A DNA stretch of 64,000 nt from Mobula hypostoma (Eukaryota), in NCBI RefSeq assembly GCF_963921235.1, contig NC_086097.1, forward strand, positions 180,732,001 to 180,796,000, in the 5' to 3' direction. The number at the start of each line of letters is the position of its first letter. Within the stretch, counting starts at the first letter, position 1. Both the position numbers and the translations under genes were made by a program. This document shows, piece by piece, positions 24,515 through 37,469 of this stretch. The notes under the pieces are model-generated. The model was not told the origin of the DNA. It searched no databases and saw only the letters and a program-made list of their open reading frames with translations.

Positions 24515-27500
24515 CTTATAAGGGAAAGTGAAGAGGTGATAGACAGGAGCTACAGGAGGGAGGTAGTCACCCCTAGGCTACAGGGGTCAGAAAACTGGGT
24601 GACTGTCAGGAGAGGGAAGGAAAATGCCCAGACAGTGGAGAGCACCCCTGTGGCTGCCCCCCTCAGCAACAAGTATCTCATTTTGGATGCTGTTGAGGGG
24701 GATGACTTGACAGGGGACGGCCACGGTGACCGGGTCTCTGGCACTGAGCCTGGCACCGTTGTGCAGGAGCGAAGGAGGGAGAAGAGGAATGCGGTAATCA
24801 TAGGGGATTCCACAGTCAGGGGAACAGACAGGAGATTCTATGAGCCTGATAGAGATACCCGCATGGTGGGTTGCCTCCCAGGTACCAGGGTACGGGATGT
24901 CCCGGATCGGGTCCAGAATATTCTGAAGGGAGAGGGCGAGCAGCCAGCTGTCTTGGTACATGTTGGTACCATTGACATAGATAGGAAAAGGGAGGAGATC
25001 TTGAAGAGAGATTTCTGGGAGTTAGGAAGGAAGCTGAGAAGCAGGACCTCCAGGGTAGTAATCTCAGGATTGCTACCTGTGCCACGTGCTAGTGAAGGCA
25101 AGAATAGTAGGATCAGGCAGATGAATGCGTGGCTGAGAGACTGGTGTAGGGGGCAGGGCTTCAGATTCTTGGATCAATGGGATCTCTTCTGGAGGAAGTA
25201 TGACCTGTTCAAAAAGGACAGGTTACACCTGAACCCGAAGGGGAACAATATCCTGGCAGTAAGGTTTAATAGAGCTGTTAGGGAGGGTTTAAACTAATCT
25301 GGCAGGGGGATGGGAACTGGAATGATAGAGCAGAGGAGGGGGAAAACAGAAATAAATCTAAGATAGTGAGCAGTAAAGATGTCAGGAAGGACAGGTGATG
25401 GGGCAAATTTGCAGCCATTGAGATGAGTGGCAGTGTAATCAAAGCAAAAAGTACCAAATACTGGACTTAAGGTGTTATACTTAAATGCACGCAGCATAAG
25501 GAATAAGGTGGATGACCTTGTCATACAGCTACAGATTGGTAGGTATGATATTGTGGCCATCACTGAGACGTGGCTAAAGGATGCATGTCTCTGGGAACTG
25601 AATGTCCAAGGATACACGGTGTATCGGAAGGATAGGAAGGTAGGCAGAGGGGGTGGCGTGGCTTTATTGGTAAGAAATGATATTAAATCATTAGAAAGAG
25701 GTGACATAGAATTGGAAGGTGCAGAATCTTTATGGGTTGAGCTAAGAAATCGCAGGGGTAAAAGGACCCTGATGGCAGTTATGAACAGGCCTCCTAACAG
25801 CTGCAATGATGTGGACTACAAATGACAACAGGAAATAGAAAAGGCTTGTCAGAAAGGAAGTGTTATGATAATTGTGGGGGATTTTAACATGCGAGTGGAT
25901 TGGGAAAATCAGGTCGGCACTGGATCTTAAGAGAGAGAATTTGTAGAATGTCTACGAGATGGCTTTTTAGAACAGCTTGTTGTTGAGCCCACTAGGGGAT
26001 CAGCTGTACTGGATTGGCTATTGTGTAATGAACCAGAGGTGATTAGAGAGATTGAGGTGAAGGAACCCTTAGGAGGCAGTGATCATAACATGATTGAGGT
26101 CACTGTGAAATTTGAGAAAGAGAAGCCGAAATCCGATGTGTCCATATTTCAGTGGAGTAAAGGAAATTACACTGGCATGAGAGAGGAACTGGCCAAAGTT
26201 GATTGGAAAGGGACACTAGCGGGAAGGACGGCAGAGCAGCAGTGGCTGGAGTTTATGCGAGAAGTGAAGAAGGTGCAAGACAGATATATTCCAAAAAAGA
26301 AGAAATTTTCGAATGTAAAAAGGATGCAACCGTGGCTGACAAGCGAAGTCCAAGCCAAAGTTAGAGCAAAGGAGAGGGCATACAAGGAAACTAAAATTAG
26401 TGGGATGACAGAGGACTGTGAAGTTTTTAAAAGCTTACAAAAGGAAACTAAAAAGGTCATTAAGAGGGAAAAAATGAACTATGAAAGGAAGCTAGCAAAT
26501 AATATCAAAGAGGATACTAAAAGCTTTTTCAAGTACATAAAGAGTAAACGACAGGTGAGAGTAGAGGAGAGTAGAGGACCGATAGAAAATGATGCTGGAG
26601 AAATTGTAATGGGAGATAAGGAGATGGCAGAGGAACTGAACGAGTATTTTGCATCAGTCTTCACTGAGGAAGACCAGTAGTATACCGGACATTCAAGGGT
26701 GTCAGGGAAGAGAAATGCACGCAGTCACAACTACGACAGAAAAAGTACTCAGGAAGCTGAATAGTCTAAGGGTAGATAAATCTCCCGGACCAGATGGAAT
26801 GCATCCTCGTGTTCTGAAGGAAGTAGCTGTAGAGATTGCAGCAGCATTAGCAATGACCTTTCAAAAGTCAGTAGATCTTGGCATGGTTCCAGAGGACTGG
26901 AAGATTGCAAATGTCACTCCACTATTTAAGAAGGGGGCAAGGAAGCAAAAAGGAAATTATAGACCTGTTAGCTTGACATCGGTGGTTGAGAAGTTGTTGG
27001 AGTCGATTGTCAAGGGTGAGGTTATGAAGTACCTGGAAGCATATGACAAGACAGGCAGAACTCAGAATGGTTTCCTTAAAGGAAAATCCTGCCTGACAAA
27101 CCTATTGCAATTTTTTGAGGAAATTACAAGTAGGCTAGACAAGGGAGATGCAGTGGATGTTGTGTATTTGGATTTTCAGAAGGCCTTTGAGAAGGTGCCG
27201 CACGTGAGGCTCCTACACAAGATAAGAGCCCATGGAATTACAGGGAAGTTACATACGTGGAAAGAGCGCTGGCTGATTGGCAGGAAACAGGAAGTGGGAA
27301 TAAAGGGATCCCATTCTGGTTTGCTGCCGGTTACCAGTGGTGTTCCACAGGGGTCCGTGTTGGGGCCGCTTCTTTTTATGTTGTACATCAACGATTTGGA
27401 TTATGGAATAGATGGCTTTGTGGCTAAGTTTGCTGATGATACAAAGATAGGTGGAGGGGCCGGTAGTGCTGAGGAAACAGAGAGTCTGCAGAGAGACTTG

Positions 27501-28350
27501 GATAGATTGGGAGAATGGGCAAAGAAGTGGCAAATGAAATACAATGTTGGAAAGTGTATGGTTATGCACTTTGGCAGAAGAAATAAATGGGCAGACTATT
27601 ATTTAAATGGGGAGAGAATTCAAAGTTCTGAGATGCAATGGGACTTGGGAGTCCTCGTGCAGGATACCCTTAAGGTTAACCTCCAGGTTGAGTCGGTGGT
27701 GAAGAAGGCGAATGCAATGTTGGCATTCATTTCTAGAGGAATAGAGTATAGGAGCAGGGATGTGATGTTGAGGTTCTATAAGGCACTGGTAAGACCTCAC
27801 TTGGAGTACTGTGTGCAGTTTTAGGCTCCTTATTTAAGAAGGAGACGTTGGAGAGGGTTCAGAGAAGATTCACTAGACTGATTCTGGGAATGAGAGGGTT
27901 AACATATGAGGAATGTTTGACCGCTCCTGGACTGTACACCTTGGAGTTTAGAAGAATGAGGGGGGACCTCATAGAAACATTTCAAATGTTGAAAGGCATG
28001 AACAGAGTGGATATGGCAAAGTTGTTTCCCACGATGGGGAGTCTAGTACGAGAGGGCATGACTTAAGGATTGAAGGGCGCCCATTCAGAACAGAGATGCG
28101 AAGAAATTTTTTTAGCCAGAGGGTGGTGAATCAGTGGAATTTGTTGCCACGGGCGGCAGTGAAGGTCAAGTCATTGGGTGTATTTAAGGCAGAGATTGAT
28201 AGGTATCTAAGTAGCCAGGGCATCAAAGGTTATGGTGAGAAGGCGGGGGAGTGGGACTAAATGGGAGAATGGATCAGCTCATAATAAAATGGCGGAGCAG
28301 ACTTGATGGGCCGAATGCCCGACTTCTGCTCCTTTGTCTTATGGTCTTAT
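24515..28350 (+). mobile_element. Younger CR1 LINE nested in the older CR1 (partial ORF1 esterase + ORF2)
   Basis: [63 protein letters not shown]; (gtcttatg)n tail ending ~28350. Confidence 0.92.
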
Positions 28351-28599
28351 GGATGAAAGAAAATGGGGAACTACATGGGAGGGAAGGATTAGATTGATCT
28401 TGGAGTGTGTTAAAAGGTTGGCACAACATCATGGGCTGAATTGTGCTGATTTATTTTATGTTCTATGTTCTAAAACAAGATTAGAGAAGAGTACTCTTGA
28501 GGAATGATGTAAAAATTATACACAGCAGTAAGACAGAACAACAATGTTAGGAAGTGGTGGTTTGGTGCATAATTTGGGGTGTTGATTTTGTATCCTCCC

Positions 28600-28905
28600 T
28601 CTTCCATGAGTCAGAGCCTTACATCACTGGAACAGGCCCTTTGGCCCACTGAGTCCATGGCATCCCTCAATCACCCATTTACACTGATCCTATATGAATC
28701 TTTTTCACTCTCCCTACATTTCCTTCAACTCTCTCTTCCACCCCCTTTCAACTATTTCTGCCACCCACATACACACTGGAGGCAATTTACAGTGTCCAAT
28801 TTACCAAACAATCCACACATCTTTGGGATGTGAGAGGAAACCAGAGCGCTCAGAGGACACCTGTGTCACCATAGGGAGAATGTGCAAACTCCAGACAGAC
28901 AGCCT
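28600..28905 (-). mobile_element. V-SINE/HE1-like SINE
   Basis: ggcaatttacagtg...ctttgggatgtgagaggaaaccagagc...ggagaatgtgcaaactcc is the reverse complement of the SINE core. Confidence 0.65.
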
Positions 28906-29494
28906 CCATTCTTCCTGTGACCCCATATCCCAAAGTTGTACATACTGTAGTTTAATTGCCCCTAGTGTTTAGGTGAGTAGTAGAATCTCTGTGGAGCAGA
29001 TGGGAATGTAGAGAGAATATAAAAAATGGGCCTTGAGTACACAGGTTGGTGTAGACCTGGTCAACTGAAGGGCCTGTTTCCATGATGTATGACTAGCCCC
29101 ATATATCCGTTCTACGTCAACTGTACACTTTTCCTTGATGCTGCCTGGTCTGCTGAGTTCCTCCAGCATTTTGTGTCTGCTACTCCAATCTGGCTTTTGT
29201 ACTGTATTCCCAAATTTAATTGTTCCAGCACAGGCAGCCATACCTTCATCTGCCACCTGCTGAAGCTTTGGACTTCCTTCCCAAAATACTTCTGCTTTCC
29301 CTCCTTCTTTATGACACTGCTTAAAATCTTCTGGTCACCTGCCCTAGCAACTCCAATGTATCACAATGTTGAATTTTGTCTCATAATGCTCCTTAGGACA
29401 CTTCACAGTGCTATTTATCTACAAAAACAGATTGTTGCTGTTGTTGGTAAATAATAGTTGTAATTTTCATTTTAAAGTGTATAAAATCAGATAT

Positions 29495-31112
29495 AAAATA
29501 GACATTAAGAAAGAGGATGTGCTGGAGCTTTTGGAAAGCATCAAGTTGGATAAGTCTCCGGGACCAGATGAGATGTTCCCCAGGTTACTGTGGGAGGTGA
29601 GGGAGGAGATTGCTGAGCCTCTGGCAATGATCTTTGCATCATCAATGGGGATGGGAGAGGTTCCGGAGGATTGGAGGGTTGCAGGTGTTGTTCCCTTATT
29701 CAAAAAAGGGAGTAGAGATAGCCCAGAAAATTATAGACCAGTGAGTCTTACCTCAGTGTTTGGTAAGTTGGTGGAAAAGAACCTGAGAGGCAGGACTTAT
29801 GAACATTTGGAGAGGCAGAATATGATTAGGAATAGTCAGCATGGTTTTGTCAAAGGCAGGTCGTGCCTTATGAGCCTGACTGAATTTTTTGAGGATGTGA
29901 CTAAGTACATTGATGAAAATAGAGCAGTAGATGTAGTGTATATGGATTTCAGCAATGTATGCAATAAGGTACCCCATACAAGGCTTATTGAGAAAGTAAG
30001 GAGGCATGGGACCCAAGGAGACCTTGCATTGTGGATCCAGAACTGACTTGCTCACAGAAGGCTAACAGTGGTTATAGATGGGTCATATTCTGCATGGAGG
30101 ACAGTGACAAGTGGTGTGCCCCAGGGATCTGTTCTGGGACCCCTTCTCTTTGTGATTTTTATAAATGACTTGGATGAGTAACTGGAGGGATGGGTTAGTA
30201 AATTTGCTGATGACACAAAGGTTGGGGGTGTTGTGGATAGCGTGGAGGGCTGTCAGAGGTTACAGCGGGACATTGATAGGATGCAAAACTGGGCTGAGAC
30301 GTGGCAGATGAAGTTCAACCCAGATAAGTGTGAGGTGGCTCATTTTGATAGGTCGAATATGATGGCAGAATATAGTATTAATGGTAAGACCCTTGGCAGT
30401 GTGGAGGATCAGGGACATCTTGGGGTCCGAGTCTATAGGACACTTAAATCTGCTGTGCAGGTTGACTGTGTGGTTAAGAAGGCATACAGTGCATTGGCCT
30501 TCATCATCCATGGGATTGAGTTTAAGAACCAAGAGATAACGTTACAGCTATATAGGACCCTGGTCAGGCCCCACTTGGAGTACTCTACTCAGTTCTGTTC
30601 ACCTCACTACAGGAAGAATGTGGAAACTACAGAAAGGGTGCAGAGGAGATTTACAAGGATGTTGCCTGGATTGGGGAGCATGCCTTACAAGAATAGGTTG
30701 AGCGAATTCGGCCTTTTCTCCTTGGAGCAGCAGAGGATGAGAGATGACCTGATAGAGATGCATAAGACGATGACAGGCATTGGTCGTGTGGATAGTCAGA
30801 GATTTTTTCCCAGGGCTGAAATGGCTAAGACAAGAGGGCACAGTTTTAAGGTGCTTGGAAGTAGGTACAGAGGAGATGTCAGGGGTAAGCTTTTTTACAC
30901 AGAGAGTGGAGTATGTGTGGAATGGGCTGCCGGCGACGGTGGTGGAAATGGATAAAAAAGGGTCTTTTAAGAGACTCCTGGATAGGTACATGGAACTTAG
31001 AAAAATAGAGGGCTACGGGTAACCTGAGGTAATTTCTAAGTAAGTACATGTTCAGCACAGCATTGTGGGCCGAAGGGCCTGTATTGTGCTGTAGGTTTTC
31101 TATGTTTCTATG
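29495..31112 (+). mobile_element. 5'-truncated CR1 LINE, same subfamily as 9115-13100, ending ~130 bp from the CHPF2 exon donor
   Basis: IDIKKEDVLELLESIKLDKSPGPD...; highly similar to 11500-13100; (ttctatg) tail. Confidence 0.92.
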
Positions 31113-31244
31113 ATGTTTCAAGTACTTAAAACCTCAGTAGCAATCCTAGAATCTTAGGTACTAAGGTAGCTTCAAAATTTATTCACAGATTGTACACACT
31201 AATAACCCTTACAGTGAGCTGTGTAAATGCCAACCAAATGTTAC

Positions 31245-31427
31245 CTGTAATTCTCTGATTTCCTGGTATGTTTTTTCCAGTTCAATTTCACTGAATCGGC
31301 GATGAAGGCGATACATCAGCATAGGATGAGGCACCAGATGAACAGTGAAGGCCTTAGTGAATTCTGCACTGTCCTCTTTATCTGGGTCAGTATTCTTGCC
31401 CAGTTGAAAGGATCGGTAGCGCACATT
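31245..31427 (-). CDS. CHPF2: CHPF2 penultimate coding exon (183 bp, 61 aa)
   Basis: NVRYRSFQLGKNTDPDKEDSAEFTKAFTVHLVPHPMLMYRLHRRFSEIELEKTYQEIRELQ; acceptor ttttcCAG|, donor CAG|GTAAC, phase 0, joins in frame to MEIKNL. Confidence 0.92.
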
Positions 31428-32232
31428 CTGGAAAAGCAAACATTTTATGAAATGAACAGCATTAGAGAGCAGATAGACTTCTTCAAGACTGGAGTCAGCA
31501 GCAAGCCCTTCCACTTAGAGCAAGGCATCCTCTACTCCAGTAAGCTTCACTGCAAAGACTGCCAGGCAGTGATGGCTTGCATCAACCTCAGCTGTGGTGC
31601 TGATGAGAGTTAAAGTATGGTAGGGATTAAATTCCTTTCATTGGTCCTTTTTTTTGTTTTATCTATCCAGCCTATTGCAGCTTCAAATACCTCAACAGAT
31701 TTGTCAAGTGCAAATTCCTTGTCTTAAACCCATTTTGGTTATTTTTGAGTATATTTTAATTTTTGAAGTGTCTTGGAACCACATTCTTTTTTACCTAGCA
31801 TGGGAGTTCTCCGGACTCATTTTGGTAGCAGTTTACATTCCACCTCAGGCCAATGTCAAGCAGGCTTTAGATGATCTGAGCAATGGTAACAACATGCATG
31901 GAACAGCACACTCTAACGCCTTCACCATCGTTTTGGGAGTTTTTAACCAGGCCAGTCTGAAAAAATTACTAAGCAACTACCATCAACAGATCACTTTCAA
32001 TATCAGAGGAAACATCACACTGGACCATTGCTACACCACCATCAAGAATGCCAACCGTGCTATTTCGTGCTCTCACTTCAGGAGGTCAGATCACCTGGCT
32101 GTACTTCTACTCCCTGAATATAGGCTGAAACTGAAGACTGCACCACCAAGAATGTATGGACAAGGGAAACACAGGAGCACCTACAGGACTGCTTTGAATT
32201 GGTGGACTGGACTGTATTCAGGGATTCATCTT

Positions 32233-32362
32233 TCAAATCTCTTACTAACTCTTCCTTCAGTTAGTCCTGACGAAGGGTCTCGGCCTGAAATGTCGATTGT
32301 AGCTCTTCCTAGAGGTGCTGCCTGGCCTGCTGCGTTCACCAGCAACTTTAATGTGTGTTGCT
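32233..32362 (+). mobile_element. 130-bp Penelope pLTR-derived insertion with a hammerhead motif
   Basis: 9-bp TSD ATTCATCTT at 32224-32232 and 32363-32371; near-identical to 41215-41345 and 56777-56906. Confidence 0.85.
32262..32299 (+). ncRNA. Type I minimal hammerhead ribozyme motif, stem III mutated (GAAAUGUC)
   Basis: TAGTC CTGACGA AGGGTCTCGGCCT GAAA TGTC GATTG. Confidence 0.55.
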
Positions 32363-34399
32363 ATTCATCTTCGAACCTGGATGAGTGTGCTGCAGTTGTT
32401 ACCAACTTCATTAAATCCTGTGTGGACGAGTGTGTGCCTACAAATATTTACTATACATTCCCAAACCAAAAGCCATGGATGAACCAGGAAGTATGTCGTC
32501 TGCTGAAGACTAGATCTGTGGTATTCAATTCTGGCGACCCAGGCCTGTACCAGAAAACCAGGTAAAATTTGCGGAGGGCCATTTCAAGGGCGATGGGACA
32601 ATTTCGAATAATGTTGGAGGCAACATCGGATGTACGGCAACTCTGGGAGGGTCTGCAAGACATTACTTCCTACAAAACGAAACCCAATTGTATGGCAGTG
32701 ATGCTTCACTACCAGATGAACTCATCGCCTTCTATGCCCGCTTTGAAATGGAGAATACAACTACAGCTGTGAAGATCTCTGCTGCACCTGATGACCCTGT
32801 GATCACCGTCTCAGAGGCCCATGTTAGGCCATCTTTAAAGAGAGTGAAACATCGAAAGGTGGAGTACCTGGTAAGGCTCTGAAAACCTGTGCCAACCAAC
32901 TAGCAGGATTGTTCAAGGACATTTTCAACCTCTCACTGCTATGTGCGAAAGTTCCCACTTGCTTCAAAAAGGCAACAATTATACCAGTGCCTAAGAATAA
33001 CATGGGCTGCCTCAATGACTATCGCCTGGCAGCACTCACATCGACAGTGATGAAATGCTTTGAGAGGTTGGTTATGACTAGACTGACCTCCTGCCTCAGC
33101 AAGGACCTGCAATTTGCCTATTGCCACTACAGGTCAACAGCAGACACAATCACAATGGCTCTCCATATGGCTTTAGACCACCTGGACAACACAAACACCT
33201 ACATCAGGATACTGTTCATCAACTATAGCTCAGCATTTAATACCATTATTCCCACAAACCTGATTGAGAAGTTGCAGAACCTGGGCCTCTGTATCTCCCT
33301 CTGCAATTGGATCCTTGACTTCCCAACAGGAAGACCACAATCTGTGCGGATTGGTGATAACATATCCTCCTCGCTTGAGGTGCAATCAACACTGGTGCAC
33401 CTCAGGGGTGCGTGCTTAGCTCACTGCTCTACTCTCTATATACACACGACTGTCTGGCTAGGCATAGCTCAAATACCATCTATAAATTTGCTAACAATGC
33501 CATCATTGCTGGTGGAATCTCAGGGGGTGACGAAAGGACAAACAGGAGTTTTATATGCCAATAGTGGAGTGGTGCCGCAGCAACAACCTGGCACTCAATG
33601 TCAGTAAGATGAAAGAGCTGATCATGGATTTCAGGAAGGGTAAGACGAAGGAACACATACCAATCCTCATAGGGGGATCAGAAGTGGAGAGAGTAAGAAG
33701 TTTCAAGTTCCTGGGTGTCAAGATCTCTGAGGTTCTAACCTGGTCCCAACATATCGACGTAGTTATAAAGAAGGCAAGACTGCGGCTATACTTCATTAGG
33801 AGTTTGAAGAGATTTGGCATGTCAACAAATACACTCAAAAACGTCTATAGTTGTACCGTGGAGAGCATTCTGACAGGCTGCATCACTGTCTGGTTTGGGG
33901 GGGCTACTGCACAGGACCGAAAGAAGCTGCTGAGGGTTGTAAATCTAGTCAGCTCCATCTTGGGTACTAGCCTACAAAGTACCCAGGACATCTTCAGGGA
34001 GCGGTGTCTCAGAAAGGCAGCATCCAATATTAATGACCTTCAGCACCCAGGGCATGCCCTTTTCTCACTGTTACCATCAGGTACAGAAGCCTGAAGGCAC
34101 ACACTCAGTGATTCAGAAACAGCTTCTTGCCCTCCTAAATTCGATTCCTAAATTGACATTGAATCCTTGGACACTATCTCACTTCTTTTAATATACAGTA
34201 TTTCTGTTATTTGCATGTTTTTAAAAAATCTATTCAATATATGTTTACTGTAATTGATTTACTTGTTTATTTATTATTATTATTTTATTTATTACTTTTT
34301 TCTCTCTTCTAGATTATGTATTGCATTGAACTGCTGCTGCTAAGTTAACAAATTTCATGTCACATGCCGGTGTTAATAAACCTGATTCTGATTCATAAT

Positions 34400-34790
34400 A
34401 ATAGCTTTCAGCATTTTCTGCCCTGGGAAATGGCACTGGCCGTTCACTCTACTCATGCCTCTTATAATCTTATACGCCTCTTATCAAGTCATCTCCCATC
34501 CTCCTTTGCTCCAAAGAGAAAAGCTCTAGTTTGCTCAACATTTCCTCATTAGACACGTTCTCTAAACCAGGCAGCATTCAGGTACATTTCCTCTACACCC
34601 TCTCTAAAGCTTTCATTTCTTTCCTAAAATGAGGTGACCAGAACTGAATACAATACTCCAAGTGTAGTCTAACCAGAGTTTTACAGAGCTGCAGCATTAC
34701 CTCACAGGTATTGAACTCAATCCTCCAACTAAATGAAGGACAACAAACCATACAGCTTAACCATACTATCAACTTGCAGGCAACTCTACT
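34400..34790 (-). mobile_element. CR1 3' fragment
   Basis: Minus ORF LVRLHLEYCIQFWSPHFRK. Confidence 0.75.
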
Positions 34791-35519
34791 CATAAGTCTT
34801 ACATAGTATCCAGCACCCTCAGAAAGAATTCCAAAGATTTGCTACTCTCTAGGTGAAGAAATTTCCTCTCACCCTGCCTTGAATGGTCAGCTGCTTACTT
34901 TGAGAATGTGAGCCCAACATCCATTTCTGTATCTGCCCTCTCTAACCCTGCTAAAATTTAGTACATTTTAATGAAATAACCTCTCATTATTAAAAATGTC
35001 ATACAATACAGGCCCAGTCTGCTTAAATCACTCATAAAATGAATATGCAATCAATTTGTTAAACCCCCGTTTCCCTCTATCGCAATATAACAGCCCATCT
35101 ATAAGGAGAACAGATCTGCACACAATATTCCAGATCACTCGTGGATTCCTTCTCTAATTTCAGCAAGATATTGCTACTTTTTGACTCAAATCCCCTGTCA
35201 ACAAAGACCATTAAGCTGCTTCCTTTCCGAAATGCTCACTGTACTTGTATTTTAATTTTCAGTGATTCATGTACAAGGATGCCCAGGTCCTTCTGAACAC
35301 CAATATCTTTCAATCTCTCAACACTGAAAAAATATTTTGCCTTTTTATCTTTTTTTTTAAACCAGTGTTCTCGTACGTGATGTCTCATACTGAGACCTTG
35401 GCCCAATGCTACAAGATACCAGTGGTGAAAGCAGGATGGGTGGAGAGAGATGTGCAAAGTCAATGATTATGGGAGTTCACTGTGCACAAATTACATGTTT
35501 TTTTTCTATGTTTCAAAAT

Positions 35520-35830
35520 AACTGCAGCAGCATAGTGCAGCATTTGTTAAAAATACAGCCACACAGAGCCAGAGACCTGGATTCAACCTTGATTTTGGGT
35601 GCTGTCTATGTGATGTTTGCACACTTCCTTGTGACTACATGGGTTTCCTCTTAGTGTTCTGGTTTCCTTCCACCTCCCAAGGATGAATGGGTTAGTAACT
35701 TACTTAGCCATTGTAAATTGCTCCTTATCTGTAGAAGAATGGCAGAACATGTGGGGAATTTTTTTAAAATGCCATTAAAAATTGTTTGAAACAGACTCAG
35801 TGGGCTGAAGGGTCAATTTCTGTGACTCAA
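35520..35830 (+). mobile_element. V-SINE/HE1-like SINE
   Basis: gccagagacctggattcaacc...gggtgctgtctatgtg...catgggtttcctc...tggtttccttccac. Confidence 0.6.
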
Positions 35831-36294
35831 ATGACTCAAACTATACCTCACAAGTGGTCTGCTGGGATGACGGGCCTTTGGATACTCTTGGGTTGTTGGG
35901 GTGCTACAGAAATATTAAACTTGTACTTTAGTTCAAATTAAACATTGCACAATGAGATTTTGCTGTTTGGCTTGGTTTCTTAATTCAAAATATTTCTTCA
36001 GCAGTAGCTAACCTTGAGAGTTGCTCACTGCAATCCACACTTTGGGTGGGGTTCGTGGTGAACACATGAGTGACTAAAGTCAAAACCTTTTCAGAGTTTT
36101 AGGCAGAGTGTTTAACTGTATGTCTCAGAGCAAGATATGAGGGAAAATCTAGGCCATGAGAGGAATTACCCATTGAAGTAAGGAAACTATTAGTGAAGAA
36201 GGCCTGGCCAACATCTGGTACAGTTTTGTTGTCAAACCTCATTATTTCTTTTGTAGCTATTTATAAAGGAAAGCTTGATTAAAAATTACAGTTC

Positions 36295-37015
36295 ATAGTC
36301 ATAGTCATACTTTATTGATCCCAAGAAAAATTGGTTTTTGTTACAGTTGCACCATAAATAATTAAATAGTAATAAAACCATAAATAGTTAAATAGTAATA
36401 TGTAAATTATGCCAAGAAATAAGTCCAGGCCCAGCCTATTGGCTCAGGGTGTCTGACCCTCCAAGGGAGGAGTTGTAAAGTTTGATGGCCACAGGCAGGA
36501 ATGACTTCCTATGACTCTCAGTGTTGCATCTCGGTGGAATGAGTCTCTGGCTGAATGTACTCCTGTGCCCAAACAGTACATTATGTAGTGGATGGGAGAC
36601 ATTGTCCAAGACGGCATGCAACTTGGACAGCATCCTCTTTTCAGACACCACCGTCAGAGAGTCCAGTTCCATCCCTACAACATCACTGGCCTTACAAATG
36701 AGTTTGTTGATTCTGTTGGTGTCTGCTACCCTCAGCCTGCTGCCCCAGCACACAACAGCAAACATGATAGCACTGCCCACCACAGACTCGTAGAACATCT
36801 TCAGCATCGTCCGACAGATGTTAAAGGACCTCAGTCTCCTCAGGAAATAGAGACGGCTCTGACCCTTCTTGCAAAGAGCCTCAGTGTCCTTTGACCAGTC
36901 CAGTTTATTGTCAATTCGTATCCCCAGGTATCTGTAATCCTCCACCACGTCCACACTGACCTCCTGGATGGAAACAGGGGTCACCGGTGCCTTAGTCCTC
37001 CTCAGATCTACCACC
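36295..37015 (-). mobile_element. Rex1/Babar-type LINE 3' part
   Basis: 192-aa ORF with YRYLGIRIDNKLDW, KGQSRLYFLRRLRSF, SFLPVAIKLYN; AATAAA plus (gactat)n tail. Confidence 0.85.
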
Positions 37016-37266
37016 TGGGTGGTAGCTCATTCTAACCCAGGGGTGTCAAACTACTGGCCCGCAGGCCGCATCTGGCCCGCGAAGGGGTCCAATCCAGCCC
37101 GCGGGATGATTTGGGGGAAAAAAAAGTATATTGATGACCATTTATTATGTATCTGTACAGCAGCCGCTCTCTCTCCTTCGCCGGTCTCTCTGCCACCGCT
37201 GTCTGTGCTGCCAGCTGCGCCGGCAGCTTGTTGTGTGTACTTAGAAAACAATAGGCGGCAGTTAAT

Positions 37267-37328
37267 AACAGGAATTCTGCAGATGCTGGAAATTCAAGCA
37301 ACATACATCAAAGTTGCTGGTGAACGCA
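37267..37328 (-). mobile_element. 62-bp Penelope terminal fragment inserted in the hAT 5' region
   Basis: Reverse complement of ~56870-56935; TSD GCAGTTAAT at 37258-37266 and 37329-37337. Confidence 0.75.
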
Positions 37329-37469
37329 GCAGTTAATCACCCGCTGGCAATAAGTACCTACCACCCTGCAATGAAGACCTCTAGGGCCCCACTTACGTCG
37401 TCAGATACAGTATAAACACAGAGTACTCAGGTAAGTAACACCTGTAGCAAGGCTGAGACTGTTTGCTGC

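Larger units (their letters stand above)
31795..34394 (+). mobile_element. Rex1/Babar-type LINE (endonuclease + RT), frameshifted
   Basis: [65 protein letters not shown]; tail AATAAACCTGATTCTGATT. Confidence 0.88.

Noticed and set aside
31428..31514. N-terminal part of ORF 31209-31514
   Set aside because: Intronic read-through upstream of the AG acceptor at 31428-31429, with no CHPF2 similarity
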